This document shows, one piece after another, positions 30,022-38,235 of a stretch of 64,000 nucleotides of DNA (position 1 is its first letter; the number at the start of each line of letters is the position of its first letter). Location: assembly GCA_964622505.1 (NCBI GenBank), contig CAZUQJ010000001.1, positions 44,240 to 108,239 of the forward strand, in the 5' to 3' direction. The notes under the pieces are model-generated. The model was not told the DNA's origin and did not search any database. It was given only the letters and a program-made list of their open reading frames with translations. Both the position numbers and the translations under genes were made by a program. The stretch is from an uncultured Candidatus Saccharibacteria bacterium (GTDB lineage Bacteria; Patescibacteriota; Minisyncoccia; Phycocordibacterales; UBA9973).

Positions 30022-31032
30022 ATGAAAAAAATTGCTATTGTTTCAGGGAGCACTCACGAGGGGTTAGCGCAACAAATTGCAGAACGATTGGGCCTTGAGC
30101 TAACTGCCCGCACTATTACAGTCTTTGCCAACGGAGAGATCGATGCCGAGATCACCGAGACAGTATCTGGATCCGAAGTATTTATAATCCAGACATCTAT
30201 TACCGGAAATGTAAATGACAATTTTGTAGAATCACTCCTATTGATCGATGCAGCCAAGCGTGGTCGCGCTATTAAGGTTTACTTGGTCCAAACTATTTTC
30301 CCATACCAGCGCCAAGACAGGCGCGAAGCCAACAAGAAAGGCCGTCCAAAGCGCAAATCTATTTCTGCAAAAGTGGTAGCCAATTGCTATCAAAAAGCTG
30401 TGGGTGTTGATGGTGTGATTGTGGTCAAGCTCCACTCCGACCAAATAGAAGGCTTTTTCGACAACAATTGCATCGTGGAAAATATTGATCCAGCAAAGTT
30501 GTTTATCAACTACCTCAAAGAGCAAGGTGTTGTCCGAGCCGACTATGATGGTGGCAAAGCACCTATTATGGTTTCGCCCGATGTTGGCTCTGCCAAGAGT
30601 ACTGACGACTTCTCTTATTTATTGAATTTGGAATATGTATTACTCAACAAGCGCAGAGTAAAGGCAGGGGAATCGGAAGTCCTGCACATCGTGGGCGACT
30701 ATACCGACCGTGACTGCATTATATACGACGACATGATCGACACTGGCGGTACTGTGCTGAAAGCTCTGGAGAAATTGAAAGACGCAAAAAATGGAGGCGC
30801 CCGTGATGTGTACTTGATGGCTCCGCATGGCGTATTTTCCAAAGATGCAATCGACAAATTGGGAAAATCTGATTTCAAGAAAATTGTCATTACTGACTCT
30901 ATCGACAATCCCGCGATCTCTGCTTATCCAGACAAATTTGATGTAATATCTCTCGCACCTCTACTATCAAGTGTTATAAAAAATGTACATGACTTAGAAT
31001 CTCTGCAGTCTTTGGTGCATCATTCTGAATAA
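30022..31032 (+). CDS. prs: ribose-phosphate pyrophosphokinase
   Basis: FANGE, PYQRQDR, LHSDQIEGFF, VSPDVG, DDMIDTGGT. Confidence 0.95.
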   Translation: MKKIAIVSGSTHEGLAQQIAERLGLELTARTITVFANGEIDAEITETVSGSEVFIIQTSITGNVNDNFVESLLLIDAAKRGRAIKVYLVQTIFPYQRQDRREANKKGRPKRKSISAKVVANCYQKAVGVDGVIVVKLHSDQIEGFFDNNCIVENIDPAKLFINYLKEQGVVRADYDGGKAPIMVSPDVGSAKSTDDFSYLLNLEYVLLNKRRVKAGESEVLHIVGDYTDRDCIIYDDMIDTGGTVLKALEKLKDAKNGGARDVYLMAPHGVFSKDAIDKLGKSDFKKIVITDSIDNPAISAYPDKFDVISLAPLLSSVIKNVHDLESLQSLVHHSE

Positions 31033-31087
31033 TATAAGGTGTTTATAGGGGGTTGACAAAATTCATAGTAAGAGTATAATTTTAATT

Positions 31088-31513
31088 ATGAAGAAAAACA
31101 CAACAATTCTAGCCCTGTTTGTTTTTATGCTCGGTATGGGCATTGTTCTTGTACCAAAAATCTCTGAAGCAAAATGGCAATTAAGTAATGTGTCTATCGG
31201 TGTTGGAGTTGGGACTGGTTATGGTGGTGGTTATGGAAATTACGGAGGTGTTTATGGAAACGGAGGCTATAACAATGGGTACTATGGTGGTGGCAATTAC
31301 GGCAACACAGGTATGTACGGTAATTATGGTGGTACGAACGGTGGCTATGGATATGGTGGATATAATACAGCTTATTACAACAACTATTCTTCTCCACAAC
31401 CAAGTGTCTTTAATCATGGATACTATTCTCCGTATGACAACTACGGCCGTCCAAACAATAATTGGGGAGGCACGTACAACCGTCAACTTTGTAACAGGGG
31501 AATATATTGCTAA
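31088..31513 (+). CDS. secreted Gly/Tyr/Asn-rich low-complexity protein
   Basis: Signal peptide then YGG/YGN repeats; promoter TTGACA-16-TATAAT at 31053-31080. Confidence 0.7.
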   Translation: MKKNTTILALFVFMLGMGIVLVPKISEAKWQLSNVSIGVGVGTGYGGGYGNYGGVYGNGGYNNGYYGGGNYGNTGMYGNYGGTNGGYGYGGYNTAYYNNYSSPQPSVFNHGYYSPYDNYGRPNNNWGGTYNRQLCNRGIYC

Positions 31514-31523
31514 AAATTTAATT

Positions 31524-31563
31524 AAAACAAAAGTCCCACCGCTCGGTGGGACTTTTGTTTTTT
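31524..31563. terminator. bidirectional terminator
   Basis: AAAACAAAAGTCCCACCG-ct-CGGTGGGACTTTTGTTTT. Confidence 0.8.
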
Positions 31564-32605
31564 ACTCCTCGTCTATTTTTTCCAAGAGCATTGGTTCAAG
31601 CTCCATGCTCTCACCAGTGATCTTCATTATATCTTTGTCCACCTTTTTGAATTCTTTCTGGCTTGCCTGATAGTGGTTGATTACAGTGCCGATCGAATTA
31701 CCCAGCTTGTTGTGGTATTCCTCGTATGATTTTAAATGTTTAGTGAGTTCGCCAACGCGCTTGACGATATCCTTGGCACTTTCCTCGATCTGCATAGCTT
31801 TGAGTCCCTGGAGGACTGTCTGCAAATAGGCTAGGAATGAGGTAGGAGAAACGATGATCACCTTGTATTTACTTGCAGCCCTTTGGATCAAATTCTCGTT
31901 GTCGTCATTAAGCCCTCCAATTTTATTTATCAACAAATCATAATAAATTGCTTCGTGGGGGATAAACATAAAGGCAAAGTCCATAGTATTTTGATCGGGC
32001 TGAATATACTTGCTTGTTTCTGTAATTCGCATTTTCAAATCATTTACAAAAGTTTTCTCTAGTCTTTCCTTCTCGGCTTTGTCATTTGTCTCTACCATGC
32101 GATTATAATTTTCGAGCGAAAATTTTGAATCAATAGGAATGATTTTGTCTTTTACAAATACGACTGCATCGACAATAGTGCCGTCAGGGAATCCGTATTG
32201 CATCTCGTAGCTCCCAGGTGGCATGACATTTTTCAATAATGTTTCCAAGTAGTATTCGCCGAGCACTCCACGCTGTTTTGGATTCTTCAATATATCTTGC
32301 AAGCTTTTGAGTTGGTCGGCAAAAGATACGACTTGCTTGTTGGTCTCATCGAGTCGTGTAATCTTCTCTGTAATGTCGCCAATAATCCGTGAAGTCTCGC
32401 TCGACTGATAGCGCATAGTTTCGTTGACCTGCTTGCTCGACTCATGGAGCTTGTTGTCGATACTTCGTGAGAGTTCGTTGATCTGCGTGAGTAGTAGATT
32501 CAAAGCTCCATCATCTTTTGTCTTCTCCCCCCGACCACGCATAAAAATAAAGCTGACTATAAGGCCGATAAGTATTCCACCAATGATCACCAAAGCATTT
32601 GTCAT
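31562..32605 (-). CDS. rmuC: DNA recombination protein RmuC
   Basis: N-terminal TM, coiled coil, NPKQRGVLGE, IPIDSKF, FAFMFIPHE, VSPTS. Confidence 0.93.
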   Translation of the reverse strand: MTNALVIIGGILIGLIVSFIFMRGRGEKTKDDGALNLLLTQINELSRSIDNKLHESSKQVNETMRYQSSETSRIIGDITEKITRLDETNKQVVSFADQLKSLQDILKNPKQRGVLGEYYLETLLKNVMPPGSYEMQYGFPDGTIVDAVVFVKDKIIPIDSKFSLENYNRMVETNDKAEKERLEKTFVNDLKMRITETSKYIQPDQNTMDFAFMFIPHEAIYYDLLINKIGGLNDDNENLIQRAASKYKVIIVSPTSFLAYLQTVLQGLKAMQIEESAKDIVKRVGELTKHLKSYEEYHNKLGNSIGTVINHYQASQKEFKKVDKDIMKITGESMELEPMLLEKIDEE

Positions 32606-32703
32606 ATAGGTGTATTTTAACATAAACGCGCAAATGAAGCTTATGTTATAAACCTTTACAAAGTCTATTAAATATGTTAATATATTTAAAAATTATTTGA
32701 AAT

Positions 32704-34626
32704 ATGAAGAAATTATATTCCTATCAAAAAAGGGTGCACACCCTAGTTTTGAGAGCTATCAACAAGGTTGGTAAAGCCCTCATGGTAATGGCACCTGGTC
32801 TTGGTAAGACCGTAGTGTCATCGTTCCTACTTTCATCTCTTTATAAAAAAGGTAATAAAGTATTGTTCTTGTGTCACGATAATTATATTTTAGCTCAAGG
32901 CCATCGTGAGTTTCGAGAAACTTTTGATCCAGATGAAAATCTTATTTTCTACAATTTCTTTGGGTTAAGCAAGGATATTGAGGAAGCTAAACAAGCACAT
33001 GTTGTTTTTGCATCGTTTCAGTTGTTTAACAGTAAATCAAAATGGTATCAAGATTTCAAAAAAAATCATTTTGCTATAATTATTGTTGACGAAGGACACC
33101 ATGTACCAGCTCCGACATTTCGTGAAGTTATTGAATATTTTACTCCCAAAAAAGCACTTTGTATGACAGGCACGCCTGACCGTATGGATAAGCTTAATAT
33201 TCGAAATTTATACGGAGAAGAAGTGGTTAACATTACAATTGAGCAGGGTATTGCCAAAGGATGGCTGACAAATGTTGAGTATCATGTACTTTCAGATGGG
33301 CTTGATGAAATCGCGTTAAAAGAAATGTTTAAGGATGTGGTAATGGAGAAACGCCGAATTACGGTCAACCAAATCAACAAACAACTTTTTGTAAAGAAAC
33401 GTGACGAAGAGCAAATCAGTAAAATCAAAAAGTATACAAAAGACTGGAACAAAAAATGTATTATTTTTTGTGAAAGCATCCATCATGTGAGATCATTTGC
33501 TCAACAGCTAGAGAAAGGTAAATATTGTACTTTTCATTCTGAAAATTCAACAAAGATCAACAATGAAAATTTGCATGCTTTCAAACATGGAGACATGAAT
33601 ATTATACTTAGTGTAGATAAATTCAACGAAGGTATCGATATTCCAGATGTTGAAGTGATCGTTTTCATTCGCGCTACTGAATCAGGTATTGTCTATCGGC
33701 AACAGCTTGGTAGAGGACTTCGGAAAAAATTGGGTAAATCAAAAGTTGTAGTTTTAGATTTTGTTGCTAATGCGCAGCGTATTTTAATGATACAAGGAAT
33801 GATTAAAACTATCCAGCAATGGAATGGTCCAGTAAAATCAGACAAATCGCCATTATCAGTAAAAGGTACTTACTTTTCTTTTAATTTCTCAGATGAACTT
33901 GAGGACATTATAGAAATTCTTCGGGTTGCACGAATGGGGTTTTATGAGACTTGGCAGGAAGCTTCAAAAGCTGCGATTGCTTTATGTATAAAAGCTCCAA
34001 AAGAGTATGGTAAAAAATACAAAGAGGATCAAAAATTGATTAGTAAACCCCATGATTATTATGATGATTTTCCTGGATGGTCATTGTTTTTAGGCAAAGA
34101 ACATTATATTACTTGGCAAGAAGCTTCAGAAGCTGCGATTAAACTTGGAATTAAATCTGTAGTAGAATATGATAAAAGGTATAAAGAAGATCCAAAATTG
34201 TTCAGTTTACCTAAGAGTCACTATAAGGATTTTCCTAATTGGCGTAAATTTCTTGGAAAGCACGATGGAGGTTTCTATGCTACTTGGCGGCAAGCATCAA
34301 AAGCCGCGATTGCTCTTGGAATCAAATCTCAACGAGATTATATTGTAGCTAAAAAATACAAAGGCGATCCTAAGTTAAACGTAACTCCTCAACTCTATTA
34401 TGTTTCATTTCCAGGTTGGGATAAATTTCTTGGGAAAAATGAAAGGAATTTTTATCCTACGTGGCGTAAAGCATCCAATGCAGTAATTAAACTCGGAGTA
34501 AAAAGTTCCGAAGATTACGCAGTGAACTTCAAAAAATATAAAACTTTGGACAAACGACTTCATAATCGCCCTTCTGCTTACTATAAAGATTTTCCGGGTT
34601 GGAAAAAATTTCTTGGTAGAGAATAA
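32704..34626 (+). CDS. SF2 DEAD/DEAH (ResIII-like) helicase with four C-terminal ~55-aa repeats
   Basis: APGLGKT, DEGHH, TGTPDR, FNEGIDIP, QQLGRGLR; repeats of FY.TW..AS.AAI.LGIKS..Y...Y..D.KL...P..YY.DFPGW..FLG. Confidence 0.88.
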   Translation: MKKLYSYQKRVHTLVLRAINKVGKALMVMAPGLGKTVVSSFLLSSLYKKGNKVLFLCHDNYILAQGHREFRETFDPDENLIFYNFFGLSKDIEEAKQAHVVFASFQLFNSKSKWYQDFKKNHFAIIIVDEGHHVPAPTFREVIEYFTPKKALCMTGTPDRMDKLNIRNLYGEEVVNITIEQGIAKGWLTNVEYHVLSDGLDEIALKEMFKDVVMEKRRITVNQINKQLFVKKRDEEQISKIKKYTKDWNKKCIIFCESIHHVRSFAQQLEKGKYCTFHSENSTKINNENLHAFKHGDMNIILSVDKFNEGIDIPDVEVIVFIRATESGIVYRQQLGRGLRKKLGKSKVVVLDFVANAQRILMIQGMIKTIQQWNGPVKSDKSPLSVKGTYFSFNFSDELEDIIEILRVARMGFYETWQEASKAAIALCIKAPKEYGKKYKEDQKLISKPHDYYDDFPGWSLFLGKEHYITWQEASEAAIKLGIKSVVEYDKRYKEDPKLFSLPKSHYKDFPNWRKFLGKHDGGFYATWRQASKAAIALGIKSQRDYIVAKKYKGDPKLNVTPQLYYVSFPGWDKFLGKNERNFYPTWRKASNAVIKLGVKSSEDYAVNFKKYKTLDKRLHNRPSAYYKDFPGWKKFLGRE

Positions 34627-34708
34627 TTTGTACCTTCACTAACAAAAGAAAAAAGGGTCATGAGTACCCTAAAGGGCTGCCAACATTATTGACAGCCCTT
34701 TCTTTTTT

Positions 34709-35431
34709 TTATTGCAATTTTCCTAAATGGTGTTTGAGGGTGTAGATCCAATCTTCGTCGTCGGGGTTGGATTTTTCTTTTTCTGCTAGGAACCATTCAA
34801 GGTAGCCACGGTCAGCAGAAGCGACTTCGGCCACTGTTTTGCCATTGTGCTTGCCAAAAGAAAATGAATGCATGAGCGATGGTCGGGAAGAGATATCGAT
34901 CATTTCTTTCAAAGCTCCCTTATCATCACACCCTTTTTCTTTCTTGATCGCAGTGAGCATGCGCTCAAACAATTTCTCGAGTACCATAACATCACCCAAT
35001 GCGTCGTGGGCGGTAGCCTCGATCTCGATTTCTAAATAGTATCTCAGGTATTGTAGTTTATGTTGAGGAATTTTGTGCTCTTTGTCGAGCGCGCGGGCAA
35101 CGCGTAGTGTACAGATAGTGTTGGCAGGGATAATGCCTTCTTTCTTAATCATCCCAATGTCAAATTTGGCATTGTGAGCTACCATAATGTTGTTCGGATC
35201 TTCGAGCATGCTTTTGATTTTTTTATAATCAGGACTCTCTTTGAATGCTGGCTTATCGGCAACCATTTTGTTTGTTATGTGAGTGACAGAGCTTGCTTCG
35301 ACAGAGATCTTTATCTCTGGCTTATAAAGCTCGCAAAATACTTCATCTCCAGTTTTATAAGCCAATTGGCAAAGGAAATCTGTCTCATCTATACCAGTTG
35401 TCTCAGTATCCAAAAATATAATCTTTTTCAT
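34709..35431 (-). CDS. DnaQ/DEDDh 3'-5' exonuclease (ExoX-like)
   Basis: FLDTETTG, AHNAKFD, AHDALGD, C-terminal FGKH.G...YLEW. Confidence 0.9.
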   Translation of the reverse strand: MKKIIFLDTETTGIDETDFLCQLAYKTGDEVFCELYKPEIKISVEASSVTHITNKMVADKPAFKESPDYKKIKSMLEDPNNIMVAHNAKFDIGMIKKEGIIPANTICTLRVARALDKEHKIPQHKLQYLRYYLEIEIEATAHDALGDVMVLEKLFERMLTAIKKEKGCDDKGALKEMIDISSRPSLMHSFSFGKHNGKTVAEVASADRGYLEWFLAEKEKSNPDDEDWIYTLKHHLGKLQ

Positions 35432-35538
35432 CTAATTATTATATCACATTCAAGAGACCTGAATAGTTGCCCTTTACATTTATATACAATTATGGTAATA
35501 TAACTCAAAATAATTTCACTTTTAAAACCAAATAAATT

Positions 35539-36837
35539 ATGTCACAAACATCAACGTTGCTGAACAATCAGCATTTGGCGAAACTTGAGGAGATGCTCGA
35601 GGTATGCCCACGTATTGGCAAGAAAGCCGTACTAATTGATTCCTTAATTGTTAAGGAAAGTTGGGGTGGTAAAAAGACTACTCCAAACAACATTTTCAGA
35701 ATGAGCCAAGGGGCTGATTTTGAGTACTACATTTTCGCATTGAAGCATCCAGATTTTTTAAAAATGGAAAAAGCAAAAGATGTTAAAGCTAAATTAGTGA
35801 TTAGCAAAAAGATTCTAAATGACTTTTTGAATTCACCTGCACCACTCCTTTCTGGAGAACAGTTGATTGTCAAAACTTTGAAAGTACTTTGTCGTGGCCG
35901 TATCCAACTAATGCAGGATAAATTACGCGATGGTGCAAGGTATCAAAGAATGAGTACTGAGCTTGATGGTATTTACCCAATGCACAGTGCCCGTATTCTA
36001 AAAAAAGCCGAGGAACTTTTCCCAGAAGATAAAGTTCAAACTTGGCAAAATTTATTTATGGGTATTACAGCAGATGCTAAAACCAAGATGACGCTTCTGG
36101 AAAAAGAAATTGAAAATGTTTTAAAACACCATCCGGTGTGGACAAATTTTTTACAGGACGTTACCGGTGTTGGACCATGGTTTGCAGGCTACTTTATTTC
36201 CGTTATTGGCGATCCGCGCAATTTCAGTAAATCTTCAAAAATTTACGGACTGGCCGGGTTGAGAGTGGATGGTCAGGGAAGGGCTCAAAAGGCCAAAACC
36301 CCATTTCACAAACAGCAAAATCTTTCAACTGAGCAAATTAATGCAAAGAAGAAAGAGCTTGAAGTAAAAGATCGTTCGTATGATGCGCTTGACTATGACC
36401 CGTTTTTCAAAATGATGCTAGTAGAAATTCTGCCAGGCGTGATGATGAAAATGCAGGGTATGATGCGTAGTAAAGGTACTGAAGATCAGTCGCCTTATAA
36501 TGCATTGATAGACAGCATTCGGGTTAAAGAGAATAAAAAAGCTCGTGAAGCAAATCCTACAAAATGTCAGTACTGCGATGATACCAATATTATAAACCTT
36601 GGGATCAAACATCGTGATGATGATGCAAAAACACCTTATTTTGCCGGCTACTGTTGTAGTAAAACTCATGGTAAAGCTGTTGAACACAAATTCTTTAACC
36701 CTGCTCATATTCAACGCCGTGTACAACGTGAACTTGGCAAGAAAATTATTGCCGACATCTACCACTTTTGGCTATATTGCCTGGGCGAAAACCCTGATTT
36801 AAGCCAAAATGAACGGTTAATGTTTTATCTAAAATAA
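35539..36837 (+). CDS. Tas-like RNA-binding protein (Nop / IS110 C-terminal-like domain) of a TIGR-type system
   Basis: Coiled coil then HPVW..FL..V.GVGP..A...I..IGDP.NF...SKIYGLAGL and C-terminal HI.RRV.R...K.II.DIY..W; directly followed by a dual-repeat array. Confidence 0.85.
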   Translation: MSQTSTLLNNQHLAKLEEMLEVCPRIGKKAVLIDSLIVKESWGGKKTTPNNIFRMSQGADFEYYIFALKHPDFLKMEKAKDVKAKLVISKKILNDFLNSPAPLLSGEQLIVKTLKVLCRGRIQLMQDKLRDGARYQRMSTELDGIYPMHSARILKKAEELFPEDKVQTWQNLFMGITADAKTKMTLLEKEIENVLKHHPVWTNFLQDVTGVGPWFAGYFISVIGDPRNFSKSSKIYGLAGLRVDGQGRAQKAKTPFHKQQNLSTEQINAKKKELEVKDRSYDALDYDPFFKMMLVEILPGVMMKMQGMMRSKGTEDQSPYNALIDSIRVKENKKAREANPTKCQYCDDTNIINLGIKHRDDDAKTPYFAGYCCSKTHGKAVEHKFFNPAHIQRRVQRELGKKIIADIYHFWLYCLGENPDLSQNERLMFYLK

Positions 36838-37337
36838 AACCAATGGATTGTTGTGTAAAACCAATGGATTTTTGTTTACCCTCCTGCATTCGCGGGAGGG
36901 TTTAAAACCAGGTGGAGATTGTGAAAAACCATGAGCAGATTGTTTTAAAACTAGCCGGAGATTGTGAAAAACCATGAGCAAATTGTTTTGAAACCAACAA
37001 GAATATGTGAAAAACCATTTGTAAAATGTTTTAAAACCAAATCATATTTGTGAAAAACCAGAAGCTAACTGTTTTAAAACCAGCAATAGATTGTGAAAAA
37101 CCAGATGCTCATTGTTTTAAAACCAGAGTTGTAATGTGAAAAACCAAACAGGATTTGTTTTAAAACCAAAATGTTAATGTGAAAAATCAAACATGATTTG
37201 TTTTAAACCAAAATGTTAATGTGAAAAACCATGTATGTTTTGTTCTTAAAACCATTATGAAAATGTGAAAAACCATTAGAAGTGTGTTCTTAAAATCAGA
37301 AAGGTTATGTGAAAAATCATTTTCGAGGTGTTCTTTT
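36835..37337 (+). ncRNA. TIGR-type dual-repeat guide-RNA array, 11 units of about 43 nt
   Basis: Alternating TGTTTTAAAACCA and TGTGAAAAACCA repeats separated by 22 spacers of exactly 9 nt, each bounded by CCA (occasionally TCA/CTA) and TG. Confidence 0.92.
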
Positions 37338-37347
37338 AATTTATTAG

Positions 37348-37378
37348 CACCCTAGATAAAATTATCTGGGGTGTTTTT
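37348..37378 (+). terminator. terminator closing the array
   Basis: CACCCTAGATAA-aa-TTATCTGGGGTG-TTTTT. Confidence 0.8.
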
Positions 37379-37406
37379 ATTTTTTGTCTTCTGTTATAAT
37401 CTACAC

Positions 37407-37862
37407 ATGACACTACACGAACAAATAAAAGGGGAGATCAAGACTGCTATGATGGCCAAAGATACAGTCAAGCTCAATGTTATGCGAGGACTCGTGACTG
37501 CATTTATGAATGAAGCCGTGGCAACAGGTAAAACACCCCAAGATTTACTAACGGACGAAGAATGTATTAAGGTGATCACTCGCACTGCCAAACAGCGCAA
37601 AGATGCAATCGAGCAATACACAAAAGGTGGACGACAGGACCTTGCGGAAGAGGATCGTGCCGAGCTTGTACTGCTAGAAGTGTACTTACCACAAATGATG
37701 AGCAAGGATGAGGTGATGAATTTTGCAAAGGCAAAACAAGCAGAGCTTGCTTTTACAGACGTAAGTAAAAAAGGCATGTTTATGGCAACCTTGATGAAGG
37801 ACTTAAAAGGCAAGGCCGATGGTGGTTTGGTAAAGGAAGTTGTCGATGAATTATTAAAATAA
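37407..37862 (+). CDS. GatB/YqeY domain protein
   Basis: AMMAKD, KQRKDAIEQY..GGRQDL, YLPQ, KGKADG. Confidence 0.92.
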   Translation: MTLHEQIKGEIKTAMMAKDTVKLNVMRGLVTAFMNEAVATGKTPQDLLTDEECIKVITRTAKQRKDAIEQYTKGGRQDLAEEDRAELVLLEVYLPQMMSKDEVMNFAKAKQAELAFTDVSKKGMFMATLMKDLKGKADGGLVKEVVDELLK

Positions 37863-37875
37863 TTTATTTTATAAA

Positions 37876-38229
37876 ATGAGAATTATTGCGCATTGGTTGA
37901 TACTTTCGGTTGCAGTCTGGTTTACAACAAGGATCAAGATCCTCGGTGGTGGGGTTACAGTGGACCCTGTATGGGTAGCACTTATTGTTGGTGCTTGTCT
38001 GACACTATTTAACATGTTCCTTAAACCGATCATCCATATACTGACATTGCCAATCAATATCCTCACTCTTGGCTTGTTCTCGGTTGTTATCAATGGATTC
38101 GTTTTCTGGTATTTGGGAACAGTGGTTAAAGGGTTTACAGTCACTACATTTTCAGCCGCATTGGTCGCTTCGATCCTTGTATCATTGATTAATTGGCTGG
38201 TGTACAAAGTATTGCGATTTGATCTTTAA
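37876..38229 (+). CDS. 4-TM 'phage holin family' (YvlD-like) membrane protein
   Basis: N..LKPI..ILTLPINILTLGLF..VING. Confidence 0.88.
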   Translation: MRIIAHWLILSVAVWFTTRIKILGGGVTVDPVWVALIVGACLTLFNMFLKPIIHILTLPINILTLGLFSVVINGFVFWYLGTVVKGFTVTTFSAALVASILVSLINWLVYKVLRFDL

Positions 38230-38235
38230 TATAAT

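Noticed and set aside
35539-36837. Ordinary IS110 transposase
   Set aside because: No recognisable N-terminal DEDD motif or catalytic Ser-Gly loop, and it is followed by a multi-unit guide array rather than a single bridge-RNA end
36835-37337. CRISPR array or simple tandem repeat
   Set aside because: Two alternating 12-14-nt repeats with 9-nt spacers and no cas genes in the window; the spacers are too short for CRISPR and too variable for a VNTR
37876-38229. Prophage, suggested by the holin-family gene
   Set aside because: Widespread chromosomal 4-TM family; no phage genes nearby
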